From Sulfuricurvum sp. (GTDB taxonomy: Bacteria > Campylobacterota > Campylobacteria > Campylobacterales > Sulfurimonadaceae), in the NCBI GenBank assembly GCA_036170115.1, contig JAVHOQ010000095.1, forward strand, positions 8,042 through 72,041: a DNA stretch of 64,000 nucleotides, given 5' to 3'. The notes under the pieces are model-generated. The model saw nothing but the letters and a program-made list of their open reading frames with translations. It searched no databases and had not been told where the DNA came from. Position numbers and translations under genes: made by a program. Within the stretch, counting starts at the first letter, position 1, and every line of letters starts with the position of its first letter. Shown piece by piece: positions 48,561 through 58,841 of this stretch.

Positions 48561-49986
48561 TATCCAAACCAATGCTTTACAGGATGACTCTAAGCGATTA
48601 GGGATGATGTATTTTCGCGTAGCGATTATCCTTTTTGGGGCGCAACTGCTCATGGGGATGATTGCGGCGATACAATTTTTGGTTCCTAGCTTTTTATTTG
48701 AAATTTTTGATTTCTCAGTAGCTCGTATGGTGCATATCAATGCGCTGGTTGTCTGGATGCTGTATGCCATGATTGGTTCAGTGTATTATATGTTGCCCGA
48801 TGAAGCGGGGATTGAGACGGTCAATATTGGGTTAGGTAAGCTTGCTTTTTGGGTACTTACCCTTGCGGTTACCATTGTAGTGGGGGTCTATATCCTTGTC
48901 CAAATTGGACCGGGTACGGAAGCTACCATTTGGTTTATCAATGAAGGGCGCGAATATATTGAAGCACCACGATGGGCTGATATTGGTATTGTGGTCGTGG
49001 TTTTGACGTTTTACTGGAACGTTTTTGCTACCTTTCTTAAAGGGGCAAAAACAGGTGTTATGACCGTTATGACCGCTAATCTCATGGCATTGGCAGGGTT
49101 GTATCTTGCTGGGATGTTCTTTACGGATAATATCTCTATGGATCAATACTGGTGGTGGTGGGTTATTCACCTTTGGGTAGAAGCGACATGGGAAGTCTTT
49201 GTCGGGACGCTTGCAGCGTACGCATTGATCAAAATCATTGGTGCCAAACGTGAAATCGTTGAAATGTGGTTATGGATCGAAGTATTGATGCTCTTTGGTT
49301 CAGGAATTTTAGGTATGGGTCACCACTATTTTTGGATTGGGACCCCTGAATATTGGTGGGAGATTGGGGCGCTGTTCTCAGCACTTGAACCCGTACCGTT
49401 GGTGGCGATGTTTGTCCACGTCTTGTATGACTGGGGCAGAGAACAAGGTCATGCTGAACATACGGGTGTTGCGCATGCGATTAATAATGGTCCGGCTATG
49501 GCATGGATCGCTGCCAATGCGTTTGGAAATTTCTTGGGAGCAGGGGTATGGGGATTCTTTCATACGTTGCCACAAGTAAATATTTATACGCATGGAACTC
49601 AGTTTACCGCAGCACACGGTCACTTGGCATTTTTTGGGGCATACGCTACTATTTTGATTGGGATGATGTATCTTGGAATCCAAGGGGCGAATGGGGTAAA
49701 AACCCTCAAAGCGACCTTTAGCTCCAAAATGGGGATCTTTTTGATTGTCTTTGGCGTTTTGGGGATGACGGTTGCGTTGACCATCGCAGGCTATGAGCAA
49801 GTATTGGTTGAACGCGCAGAACTGGGTGCGGGATGGAGTGCATTTTTTACCGCACAAGAACTTCCATGGTATGTACAAGCACAAATGTGGAGAGGCATCA
49901 TGGGTGGTGTCACTTTTGTCGGATTTATTTTCTTGGTTTGGGATTTGCTTACGATTGGTAAGCGTGCCAAACAACTTGAAGCATAA
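48550..49986 (+). CDS. norB: Nitric oxide reductase large subunit (ATG 48550)
   Basis: ARMVHINAL, GREYIE, WVIHLWVEATWE, MGHHYFWIG, HGHLAFFG. Confidence 0.96.
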   Translation: MLTNIQTNALQDDSKRLGMMYFRVAIILFGAQLLMGMIAAIQFLVPSFLFEIFDFSVARMVHINALVVWMLYAMIGSVYYMLPDEAGIETVNIGLGKLAFWVLTLAVTIVVGVYILVQIGPGTEATIWFINEGREYIEAPRWADIGIVVVVLTFYWNVFATFLKGAKTGVMTVMTANLMALAGLYLAGMFFTDNISMDQYWWWWVIHLWVEATWEVFVGTLAAYALIKIIGAKREIVEMWLWIEVLMLFGSGILGMGHHYFWIGTPEYWWEIGALFSALEPVPLVAMFVHVLYDWGREQGHAEHTGVAHAINNGPAMAWIAANAFGNFLGAGVWGFFHTLPQVNIYTHGTQFTAAHGHLAFFGAYATILIGMMYLGIQGANGVKTLKATFSSKMGIFLIVFGVLGMTVALTIAGYEQVLVERAELGAGWSAFFTAQELPWYVQAQMWRGIMGGVTFVGFIFLVWDLLTIGKRAKQLEA

Positions 49987-49998
49987 AAGGAGAGTAGT

Positions 49999-50148
49999 AT
50001 GTTATTTGAAACATTTACCGATGTGGTACCGAGTTTTTTCGGTTGGTTGAATCAAGGTCCTTTGACATTGACCATTTTTTTGCATACGGTTATTATTTTA
50101 CCGATGTTTTGGATTTATGCTCAAGAGAAAAAGAAGTTACAAAAATAG
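49999..50148 (+). CDS. 49-aa single-TM protein after norB (not in the ORF track)
   Basis: AAGGAGAG RBS; MLFETFTDVVPSFFGWLNQGPLTLTIFLHTVIILPMFWIYAQEKKKLQK. Confidence 0.75.
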   Translation: MLFETFTDVVPSFFGWLNQGPLTLTIFLHTVIILPMFWIYAQEKKKLQK

Positions 50149-50174
50149 GCTTTTTCTCTGAGCACGGTTCTCTT

Positions 50175-50197
50175 ATCCTCAGGGGTATCCTGAGGAT
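50175..50197. terminator. Hairpin after the nor operon
   Basis: ATCCTCAGG-ggtat-CCTGAGGAT; no clear U tract. Confidence 0.5.
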
Positions 50198-50202
50198 GTA
50201 GA

Positions 50203-50216
50203 TTGATTTTAATCAA
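50203..50216 (+). promoter_or_regulatory. Nss/DNR box of nnrS
   Basis: TTGATTTTAATCAA, 22 nt upstream of TATACT (50239-50244). Confidence 0.8.
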
Positions 50217-50263
50217 GGGGGTGTTTCCCTCCTCTGGCTATACTCCTGAATCTTGTTACAGGA

Positions 50264-51469
50264 TTGTTCATGAACACATTTACCGCTTCTCCCCCAAAGC
50301 AAAACTATTTTCTCTCTCAACCCCATCAGCCATTTTTTCTTTTCGGACTTTTGTGGGCAATTGTCTCCATGATCATTTTTACCCTCTCGCATAAAGGGGT
50401 TATGACACTGACGCTTGCTGAAAATGAGTTTCATCTTTATTCGTTGGCATTTATCGTTTTTGCCCAATTTTTCCACGGTTTTTTGTTTACTACTTTTCCC
50501 CGTTTTTGCAGTGCTATGGTAATCCCCAAAGCGGTGTATGTTCGGATCGTTTGGCTCTATCAAATAGGATCTTCGCTGTTTTTTATCGGTTTATTTGTGA
50601 GCCAATGGATGGTGTTATGGGCGATGTTCATTGTGTTGTTTGCGCATGCTATGGCAATTTTTACCCTCCATTGGGTGTATACCCTTGGTCAATCCCCCTT
50701 AAAACAAGATCCTTATTGGATACTCATCGCCCATGGTATTGCCCTTGTAACCCATCTTTTGTGGATTATTGCGTATGGCATAAGTGTGATTTGGGATTTT
50801 CAAGGGTGGTTTTCCCTGCTCATACCCGTCGTGGTCAATTTCTTTCTCGTGTTTCTTACGTTTGTTGTGGCACAACGGATGATCCCCTTTTTTAGCCATT
50901 CGCAAGAACCTAAAAGTAGCCACTTGGTTCCTTTGGTATTGGGTGCATTGATCGTTAAAACCGTATTAGCCATGTTGGCATTTACGGTTGCTGAAGCGGT
51001 GATTAGTACCCTTCTTGCCCTTTATCTAACCCGCGAATTTTTACGGTGGAAACTGCATCCTTTTGGTTCACCTGCCATCGTTTGGATCCTCCATTTGGCA
51101 CTGTTTTGGCTTCCGATAGGATTGTTTGTAGGCGCACTTGTACAAATGATCGAAATACTTTATGGTGTCAATGTGTTATTGGCTGAAATTCATCTGTTGG
51201 TATTGGGTTTTTTGACCACGGTATTGATTGGATTTGGAACACGTGTAACACTGGGACACTCTGGACAACCACCGCATGCGGACAAGGTAGCGGTAACCCT
51301 TTTTTGGTGGACACAGATTCTGATTCTTGTCCGTTTTGCCCTCTCAGTAGATGTGGCATTGGGATCTACGCATGAATGGCTCTTTAAAGTAGCAGCTTTG
51401 GGATGGATTGTGTTGTTTGTCGTATGGGGTGGACGGTATGGAAAAACATTGATCTACGGAAAAGATTAG
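50264..51469 (+). CDS. nnrS: NnrS family membrane protein
   Basis: QPHQPFFLFG, HGFLFTTFPRF, RMIPFFS, WILHLALFW, HLLVLGF, TRVTLGHSG. Confidence 0.88.
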   Translation: MFMNTFTASPPKQNYFLSQPHQPFFLFGLLWAIVSMIIFTLSHKGVMTLTLAENEFHLYSLAFIVFAQFFHGFLFTTFPRFCSAMVIPKAVYVRIVWLYQIGSSLFFIGLFVSQWMVLWAMFIVLFAHAMAIFTLHWVYTLGQSPLKQDPYWILIAHGIALVTHLLWIIAYGISVIWDFQGWFSLLIPVVVNFFLVFLTFVVAQRMIPFFSHSQEPKSSHLVPLVLGALIVKTVLAMLAFTVAEAVISTLLALYLTREFLRWKLHPFGSPAIVWILHLALFWLPIGLFVGALVQMIEILYGVNVLLAEIHLLVLGFLTTVLIGFGTRVTLGHSGQPPHADKVAVTLFWWTQILILVRFALSVDVALGSTHEWLFKVAALGWIVLFVVWGGRYGKTLIYGKD

Positions 51470-51550
51470 ACAGGGGTTGAATTGATTATTAATAGAGTTT
51501 TAACTATAATTCTTAAAATATAGATAGAGGTAAAAAAGGTTTAATAACGT

Positions 51551-52864
51551 ATGAAAAATAAAAAAATGATGGTAATGGGCTTTGTAAGCGCACTCATGCT
51601 CAGCGTTTTCCTCTCTCCCTCTCTTGTTGCTAAAAGTGATACTCCGCCTGAAGAAGAATCTTCTCGCTTACAATCGCTGGCTAAATTTACCAAAGTACTT
51701 GGTATTGTGGAAGAATATAATGTTGATGGTTTAGGTGTAGATAAACTAATCGATAAATCATTACAAGGGCTTTTGTCTAATTTGGATGCCCACTCCAATT
51801 TTTTGGATAAAAAAAGTTTTGATTCCCTTAAAAGTCAAACCGATGGGGAGTTTGGGGGATTAGGCATTACTGTAGGGATGCGAGACAATGCGTTAACCGT
51901 TATTTCCCCCATTGAGGGGACCCCTGCGGATAAAGCGGGGATAAAAGCGGGAGATATTATTCTTAAAGTGAATGATAAATCAACGTTGAACATGAGCATT
52001 GACGATGCTGTTGGTCTTATGCGTGGTGCCCCTAAAACCCCCATTGATGTCACCATCGTCCGAAAAGGGGAGGCTGAACCCCTAAAATTTCATATTATTC
52101 GTGAGATCATTACCGTTGAATCGGTCTATGCTCGTACGATTGATGACACTATTCTTTATATCCGTGTAACCAGTTTTGATAAAAAAGTAGCCAGTGATGT
52201 GAAAGCAGCGTTAAAAAAATATGCTTCTAAAAGAAAAGGGATCATCCTTGATCTTCGTAATAATCCTGGTGGATTACTCGAACAAGCGGTTGAGTTAACC
52301 GATTTGTTTGTGGATGAGGGGATTATTGTCTCTCAAAAAGGGCGCAATAAAAGTGATGATACGGTATACCGTGCTACTAAAGCCGCAACGATGACCAATT
52401 TACCATTGGTTGTTTTAGTAAACGAAGGATCTGCCAGTGCCTCTGAAATTGTCAGTGGTGCGATGCAAGATCTTAAGCGTGGCGTGATTGTGGGGACGAA
52501 AACGTTTGGTAAAGGATCGGTTCAAGTCGTGATGCCCATTAGCGATACTGAGGGGATTAAGCTTACCATTGCCCGCTATTATCTCCCCAGTGGTCGTACC
52601 ATCCAAGCCGTAGGGGTCATTCCCGATGTTGAAGTGGATGCGGGAGAAATTAAAAAGCATGAAAATAAATTTAACATCAAAGAAGCCGATTTAAAGAAAC
52701 ATCTTGAAAATGAGCTTGAAAAAACCAGTGGAATGGTCGATGTGACTGAAGTAAATGCTACAAATAAAACCATTATCACCAAAGAACAACTTAGTAAAGA
52801 TAGTCAACTCAAAAGTGGTGTGGATATTCTTAAAGCACTTATTATTACAGGTAAAGGAAAATAG
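51551..52864 (+). CDS. ctpA: S41 carboxy-terminal processing protease
   Basis: [38 protein letters not shown]. Confidence 0.93.
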   Translation: MKNKKMMVMGFVSALMLSVFLSPSLVAKSDTPPEEESSRLQSLAKFTKVLGIVEEYNVDGLGVDKLIDKSLQGLLSNLDAHSNFLDKKSFDSLKSQTDGEFGGLGITVGMRDNALTVISPIEGTPADKAGIKAGDIILKVNDKSTLNMSIDDAVGLMRGAPKTPIDVTIVRKGEAEPLKFHIIREIITVESVYARTIDDTILYIRVTSFDKKVASDVKAALKKYASKRKGIILDLRNNPGGLLEQAVELTDLFVDEGIIVSQKGRNKSDDTVYRATKAATMTNLPLVVLVNEGSASASEIVSGAMQDLKRGVIVGTKTFGKGSVQVVMPISDTEGIKLTIARYYLPSGRTIQAVGVIPDVEVDAGEIKKHENKFNIKEADLKKHLENELEKTSGMVDVTEVNATNKTIITKEQLSKDSQLKSGVDILKALIITGKGK

Positions 52865-52866
52865 TC

Positions 52867-53577
52867 ATGGAAAAACGGGAATTAATTTATGAGGGGAAGG
52901 CTAAACGCCTTTTTAATACCGATGATACTCATTTGGTGATTGCTGAGTTTAAAGATGATTTGACAGCGTTTAATGGTGCCAAAAAAGACACTGAAGCGGG
53001 TAAAGGGGCGTTGAATAATAAAATTTCAACGGAACTTTTTAAGATGTTAGCAAACGAAGGGGTAGAATCCCATTTTGTGGCAATGCTGGATGATACCAAT
53101 ATGTTATGCAAAAAAGTGGATATTATTATGATCGAAGTAATTGTTCGTAATGTTGCCACAGGAAGTTTGAGCAAAAATTTGGGGATCCCTGATGGAAAAG
53201 TACTCCCTTTTACGTTGGTTGAGTTTGATTATAAAAATGATGCTCTTGGAGATCCAAAGCTTAATGATCAACATTGTCTTATTTTAGAATTGGTCAAAAA
53301 TGAAGCCGAATTGGATCAGCTTCGAGCAATGGCACGTCACGTAAATGATATTTTACGCCCTTATTTCCATGCACGAGGATTGAATTTGGTCGATTTTAAA
53401 CTCGAATTTGGACGCGATAGTGAGGGAAAAATTATCCTTGCCGATGAGATTAGCCCTGATAATTGTCGTTTTTGGGATTTAGAGACCGGTGAAAAGATGG
53501 ATAAAGACCGTTTTCGTCAAGGGATGGGGGGGCTTAAAGTCGCCTATGAAGAAGTATTGAAAAGAATTTTGAACTAA
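52867..53577 (+). CDS. purC: SAICAR synthetase
   Basis: [38 protein letters not shown]. Confidence 0.97.
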   Translation: MEKRELIYEGKAKRLFNTDDTHLVIAEFKDDLTAFNGAKKDTEAGKGALNNKISTELFKMLANEGVESHFVAMLDDTNMLCKKVDIIMIEVIVRNVATGSLSKNLGIPDGKVLPFTLVEFDYKNDALGDPKLNDQHCLILELVKNEAELDQLRAMARHVNDILRPYFHARGLNLVDFKLEFGRDSEGKIILADEISPDNCRFWDLETGEKMDKDRFRQGMGGLKVAYEEVLKRILN

Positions 53578-53591
53578 TTTCAAGGAAGAAC

Positions 53592-53834
53592 ATGAAAGCA
53601 ATCGTCAATATATTTTTAAAAAATGGTGTCCTTGACTCTCAGGGAAAAGCAGTACAACACGCCCTCTCCAGTCATGGGTTTGAAAGCGTGAGAGATGTCC
53701 GTGTGGGTAAACAGATCATTATCGAAATGACAGGTAATGATCCTGTTGTCGCGCACGAGAGTGTGGCGCATATGTGCGAAGAGTTATTGGCCAATATGGT
53801 TATTGAAGAGTATGTAATAGAGATTGTGGCATGA
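53592..53834 (+). CDS. purS: FGAM synthase subunit PurS
   Basis: LKNGVLDSQGKA, VRVGK, LLANMVIEEY. Confidence 0.95.
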   Translation: MKAIVNIFLKNGVLDSQGKAVQHALSSHGFESVRDVRVGKQIIIEMTGNDPVVAHESVAHMCEELLANMVIEEYVIEIVA

Positions 53835-54517
53835 ATACACCCAAAAAAGTAGGGATTGTCCAATTTCCTGGAACCAATTGTGAATATGATACCCAACACG
53901 CTTTTGAGCATTTGGGGTGTGAAACGGTCATTTTGTGGCACAAAGAAGAGGTGATTCCTGCGGGGATTGATTTGCTTGTGGTCGCTGGGGGATTTAGTTA
54001 TGGGGATTATCTCCGTAGCGGTGCCATTGCCAAGATGTCTCCCATCATGAAAGCCCTCAAAGTGTATGCAAATGAGGGGGGAAAGGTATTGGGTATTTGT
54101 AACGGATTTCAAGTTCTGACCGAAATTGGACTCCTTCCAGGGGCGTTGAAACGAAATGAGGGACTTCACTTTATCTCTCGTCATCACCATCTTACCATCG
54201 TTTCCAATGACAATGTTTTTTTACAGCATTGCAAAGCGGGTGAGGTGGTTCATATCCCCATCGCGCACCATGATGGAAATTATTATATTGATGATACTGG
54301 CTTGGAAGCACTTCGTGCGAACGATCAGATACTGCTTCGCTATACCGATGCCAGTGGGACAATAGATAATCCTAATGGATCGATTGAGAGCATTGCTGGG
54401 GTTTGTAACCAAAGTAAAACCGTCTTTGGATTGATGCCTCACCCTGAACGGGCGATGGAATCATTATTGGGAAGCAACGACGGTCGTCGAATGCTTGAGG
54501 GCTTTTTATCCGCTTGA
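53831..54517 (+). CDS. purQ: FGAM synthase glutaminase subunit
   Basis: FPGTNC, GGFSYGDYLR, GICNGFQ, PIAHHDG, MPHPER. Confidence 0.96.
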   Translation: MNTPKKVGIVQFPGTNCEYDTQHAFEHLGCETVILWHKEEVIPAGIDLLVVAGGFSYGDYLRSGAIAKMSPIMKALKVYANEGGKVLGICNGFQVLTEIGLLPGALKRNEGLHFISRHHHLTIVSNDNVFLQHCKAGEVVHIPIAHHDGNYYIDDTGLEALRANDQILLRYTDASGTIDNPNGSIESIAGVCNQSKTVFGLMPHPERAMESLLGSNDGRRMLEGFLSA

Positions 54518-55683
54518 AAAAATTACTTTTTATCTTATTATCACTGTGTACGCTCATTTGGGCGGAGCCTTCTGGGACAACGGATGCCGCTTCACCCCTC
54601 TCTGCACCTCAAGAGGAGACGACCCCTGCTGTTGCTGATCCTGTCTTACCGGTAGCATCTGATAGTGTTCCTAGTATCTCTCAAGGTGCCAGAGGCGGGA
54701 TAGCCTTAAAGCTCTCTTCAATCCCCAATCGTCTTCATATTGGTGAAATTTTTCCGGTGACGTTGAAAGTGACCCCCATTGATGTCGCTTCGGGAAACAT
54801 TGAGTACTCCTTACAAGGGGAAGAGGGGATTCGTATCTTTAGCCAAACTCCCGTGCGTAGCGTACGAGAGGATGGGGTATACGATACGTTTTATTTCTTG
54901 GTTCAATCCGATACCGTACGTATTCCTGATATGGCAGCGATGGTCACCTCTACGGGGGAAGTTTCTCCTACGTTAGAGGGGATGGTGCTTAGTGCTTCAC
55001 CCTTAAGTCCCCCTGCTACCTATGCGAATGTGTTAGCAGATTCGTTTAAGGTGATCGACTATAAAACAACCGCATACAATCAAACCAGTAACATTGTGGT
55101 CTTTACGGTCAAAGCAAAACGGTGTAATATTGCCACGTTTTCATTGGCAAATGTCCTTAGTCAGGGATTTGAATCCAAGCTTCCCAATGTTGATGAATCG
55201 GTTATGACCTATTATGCCATTATCCCTAATAATGTTAAAAGCCTTGATTTTACCATCTTTAATCTCAGTAAAAATCGGCATGAAGCCATTAGTATCCCCA
55301 TCGTCGTCGATGATGATGCGGTCTCTACCCAAAGTGATCTCTCTCCCACCGATTTTCGTCATACGGAACTCAAAGTAGGGGCAGCTCTTTTGCTCGCTGC
55401 AATAAGCATTGGGATCTATTTTTGGAGACGATCTCGATGGTATTTGTATTTTGCCGTTTTACCGCTTTTGTATGTGGTAATGGTATTTCTCCCTAATTCT
55501 ACGGTGTGTGTGAGAAAAGGAGTCCCTGTGTATCTTTTACCTATTACGCATGGAACGGTGTTTGAAACGACGCAAAAAGAGGAAAAACTTGAAATCGAAA
55601 ATACGGTAGGGGACTTTGTGAAAGTTCGTCTTGAGAATGAAAAAGTAGGCTGGGTGAATGAACACGATCGTTGCTCGAATTAG
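54514..55683 (+). CDS. Conserved exported/membrane protein with C-terminal SH3-like domain (TTG start)
   Basis: Signal peptide, late TM helices, KVRLENEKVGWV; lies between purQ and plsC. Confidence 0.7.
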   Translation: MKKLLFILLSLCTLIWAEPSGTTDAASPLSAPQEETTPAVADPVLPVASDSVPSISQGARGGIALKLSSIPNRLHIGEIFPVTLKVTPIDVASGNIEYSLQGEEGIRIFSQTPVRSVREDGVYDTFYFLVQSDTVRIPDMAAMVTSTGEVSPTLEGMVLSASPLSPPATYANVLADSFKVIDYKTTAYNQTSNIVVFTVKAKRCNIATFSLANVLSQGFESKLPNVDESVMTYYAIIPNNVKSLDFTIFNLSKNRHEAISIPIVVDDDAVSTQSDLSPTDFRHTELKVGAALLLAAISIGIYFWRRSRWYLYFAVLPLLYVVMVFLPNSTVCVRKGVPVYLLPITHGTVFETTQKEEKLEIENTVGDFVKVRLENEKVGWVNEHDRCSN

Positions 55684-56359
55684 ATGGTTGTATGCCATCG
55701 TTGTTATCCTTTTGGGGATGACGATGATGATTGGCACGTTCTATCTCCTCCCGAAACCCTATTCAGTCAAATTTTCTTCGTGGTTTATTCGCTTGTTTAT
55801 TTTTTCCCCCGTCCGTGTTCGTGGAAAAAGTGATCCTGAGACCCAAATGTTTTTGATTAATCACCAAAGCGATATGGATATTGGGGTGATGGAGACCATC
55901 ACGACGCATGATTTGGCATGGGTAGCTAAAAAAGAGCTTTTTGATGTCCCCTTTTTTGGATTAGTTTTACGTCTTCCCAACGATATTGCTTTGGAGCGGG
56001 AGAGTAAAACTTCCCTTATCGGGTTACTTAAAGATACCAAGCGAGAGTTGGATAAAGGACGAACCATCACTATATTTCCAGAGGGGACGCGGAGTGAAAG
56101 TGGAATCATGAAGCCCTTTAAAGTGGGGGCAAAAATGGTTGCGGACAAATATTCTCTCAAAGTACAACCCGTAGTATTGATTGCGACATCAACCTATTTT
56201 AGTAATAAGAAAAAAGATTTTCGCCCTGGAACCGTCACGGCGATCTTTTTAGATCCTTTTGTTGCCGATAAAAAAGACCCTGAGTGGCTTAAAAATACCC
56301 AAATTCAGATGCAAAAGGTCTATGATGATGAGTGGGCAAACCATCTTCGCAATCGGTAG
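55658..56359 (+). CDS. plsC: 1-acyl-sn-glycerol-3-phosphate acyltransferase
   Basis: NHQSDMD, WVAKKEL, IFPEGTRS. Confidence 0.93.
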   Translation: MNTIVARIRWLYAIVVILLGMTMMIGTFYLLPKPYSVKFSSWFIRLFIFSPVRVRGKSDPETQMFLINHQSDMDIGVMETITTHDLAWVAKKELFDVPFFGLVLRLPNDIALERESKTSLIGLLKDTKRELDKGRTITIFPEGTRSESGIMKPFKVGAKMVADKYSLKVQPVVLIATSTYFSNKKKDFRPGTVTAIFLDPFVADKKDPEWLKNTQIQMQKVYDDEWANHLRNR

Positions 56360-56714
56360 TGGAGCATTTTTAGGGGCAGTTTTTCGTGCTTATCTCAATG
56401 GTGTTGTCAATCATCATCTCCCCCATACTCTCCCTTTTGGAACCTTGTCGGTCAATCTTTTGGGCAGTTTTATGATCGGATCGCTTTTAGCCTATTTTAC
56501 CCACACCACGTTATTTAGTGTTCCCATGAAATCGTTTTTAACCACCGGTTTTTTGGGGGGATTAACGACGTATTCCACCTTTGCGATGGAGACTTTTTTA
56601 TTACTAAGTGGAGGGCATCTTTTGATGGCAATGGTCAATATGGCACTTAATACCTTTGGCACCGTTGCCATGGCGGCTTCCGGATATTATCTTTTTAGCC
56701 GTCATTTAGCCTGA
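56328..56714 (+). CDS. crcB: Fluoride efflux channel Fluc (start among the ATGs at 56322-56328)
   Basis: GAFLGAVFR, PFGTLSVNLLGS, TGFLGGLTTYSTF. Confidence 0.93.
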   Translation: MSGQTIFAIGSGAFLGAVFRAYLNGVVNHHLPHTLPFGTLSVNLLGSFMIGSLLAYFTHTTLFSVPMKSFLTTGFLGGLTTYSTFAMETFLLLSGGHLLMAMVNMALNTFGTVAMAASGYYLFSRHLA

Positions 56715-58093
56715 TGGGTACGAAAGTAGTAATAAAACGGAACGCCCATAAGCATCAATCCCAGACCGCTGAGTGATTCAAGGGGTCGGGTATAGATTGC
56801 ATTGCCCACAATAATCGTACAGCTCAGTAAAAACAAAATTGGGACAAAGGGGTACCCAAACGTGAGGGTGATCTTACCCATTTGTTTGAGCCGTATCACC
56901 GCGATGGCTCCCAACCCATAAAAAATAAATGCCGCAAAAATAAGCATATCGGTGAGTTGATCAAACGTACCACTGATAATGAGCAAACACGCCCAGATCA
57001 TTTGTCCCACTAACGAGATATGAGGGGTGCGAAAACGGCTATGAATAGCGGAAAAGGGTTTAAAAAAATAGCCCTCTTTGGACATTTGGTAGTACACCCG
57101 TGCTGCAGACATGGTACTAGCTTGGGTCGCTCCAAAGGTTGAAATCATGATTAACAACGAGATGATGGTCACCCCCAAAGAACCCATAGCGACTTTTGCC
57201 ACTTCTACAGCAGCAATTTTTCCTTCTTGGGTACTAAGTTGGGCAAAATCGTTGGGGCTTAAGACATGGAGATAGGCATTATTGACCAATAAATAGAGCG
57301 TCATGGTTAAGGCGGTTCCGATGATGATGGCACGGGGGACATTTTGGGTGGGATTTTTAAATTCACTGGCCATATTGGTGATATTTACCCACCCATCGTA
57401 CGCCCAAAATGCCCCCAGCATAGCGGTAAAAAAGGCACTGATGCGGAGCATATCTCCCATATCCGAGGGAGATACTGAGGTAACCGTTGGGCTTTGGGTG
57501 TCACCACTGTAGCTTAATCCCACGACGACGAGCAGTATGATCCCCAAAATTTTGGCACTGGTGACCAGATTACTTAGCCATCCTCCCCCCTCGACTCCCC
57601 GAATATTAAAGAGGGTCAAAAAGATCAAAGTAGTTAAGGCAATGAGTTTAATGGACGCGTTTTGAAACGGAAAAATCACCCCAAAAAGGGCATAGTGACG
57701 GTACCCTTCTAAAATCGGGGGGATGGGGATCAGCGCATTGAGCGATTCGGCAAAAACGTACGCGATGGAAGCAATCGAAGCGGTACTGATGACCGTAAAA
57801 AAACTCCATCCATACATAAATCCAAAAAAGCCCCCAAAAACATTTTTGAAGTATTGAAATTGTCCCCCTGCTTCTTTAGTAGTGCTTGCCAGTGAGGCAA
57901 AACTAAACGCTCCTAGCATTGTAATGAGACCCGCTACCGCCCACGCCCAGAGGATGAGGGAACCATTGTGAAGTTCCGAGGACATGGGGGTGATTTTTTT
58001 GAAGACCCCTGATCCGATCATGTTTCCAGCGACCAATAAAATGGCGGTACCCAGTCCGAGGACTTGGCGGAGGGAGGGGGTGTTTTTGCTCAT
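56702..58093 (-). CDS. APC family amino-acid permease
   Basis: GNMIGSGVF, FWAYDGW, EFKNP..NVPRAI, 12 TM. Confidence 0.92.
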   Translation of the reverse strand: MSKNTPSLRQVLGLGTAILLVAGNMIGSGVFKKITPMSSELHNGSLILWAWAVAGLITMLGAFSFASLASTTKEAGGQFQYFKNVFGGFFGFMYGWSFFTVISTASIASIAYVFAESLNALIPIPPILEGYRHYALFGVIFPFQNASIKLIALTTLIFLTLFNIRGVEGGGWLSNLVTSAKILGIILLVVVGLSYSGDTQSPTVTSVSPSDMGDMLRISAFFTAMLGAFWAYDGWVNITNMASEFKNPTQNVPRAIIIGTALTMTLYLLVNNAYLHVLSPNDFAQLSTQEGKIAAVEVAKVAMGSLGVTIISLLIMISTFGATQASTMSAARVYYQMSKEGYFFKPFSAIHSRFRTPHISLVGQMIWACLLIISGTFDQLTDMLIFAAFIFYGLGAIAVIRLKQMGKITLTFGYPFVPILFLLSCTIIVGNAIYTRPLESLSGLGLMLMGVPFYYYFRTHQAK

Positions 58094-58140
58094 AAACGTA
58101 GGGTTTCCTAGTGGATAGATGGGGTAGGGTGTAAATAATG

Positions 58141-58764
58141 TTAAAGGATAATTTGCAATCGCATCAATCCTGAGCGTCCAAACTGTTCTTCATAATAGTC
58201 ACTGCGTTTTTCATCGATGAACGAAAAACCCAATTTTTTGTAGAGAAGCTCACTCTCTGTTGAGCCGATTTCCAGCATGGTTTGCACTTTTCGATACCCT
58301 TTGAGACGGGCGGTGAGGAGGCTTTTGGCAATGAGTTCTTTAAAAAGTTCAAAACTCTTGTGTTCAGGTTCTGCGACCATCACATCACAGACCCAAGTTT
58401 TATTATCAATTTCCGGTTCACACAGCAAATAGCCCGCGATACGTTCATGATAGCTCTCATCAATCCCCACCTCTTCTAAGGCAGCAGCAAAAATATCATG
58501 GGTGGCGATACGGGGTTCATAGCCACAAATGGTACCGACGAGATTTTCCTCTGACTGAGCAATAAGAAAATTGGAAAAGTGACAATAACTTTTGGTCGCC
58601 GTGAGGGTGAGTTTGCGAAGCGATTCCACCAATGCCGTCTCATCGGAGGTATTAAAAATATAATCAAAAACCCCCACTTTTTTATCCGCACGAGAGTTCT
58701 TTAGCAGTGACTGCGCAATAAATAACGCGTCACTTTCCAAAGCTTTCCGAATAGTGATACTCAT
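58141..58764 (-). CDS. GNAT family N-acetyltransferase
   Basis: ITIRKA, LVGTICGY, LYKKLGF. Confidence 0.75.
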   Translation of the reverse strand: MSITIRKALESDALFIAQSLLKNSRADKKVGVFDYIFNTSDETALVESLRKLTLTATKSYCHFSNFLIAQSEENLVGTICGYEPRIATHDIFAAALEEVGIDESYHERIAGYLLCEPEIDNKTWVCDVMVAEPEHKSFELFKELIAKSLLTARLKGYRKVQTMLEIGSTESELLYKKLGFSFIDEKRSDYYEEQFGRSGLMRLQIIL

Positions 58765-58841
58765 AACTCCCTACCCCCTCATGATTTTCATTATGCTATA
58801 CTACCTCACTTTAAAACAAACTAAGTTAGGGGGAAAATAGG

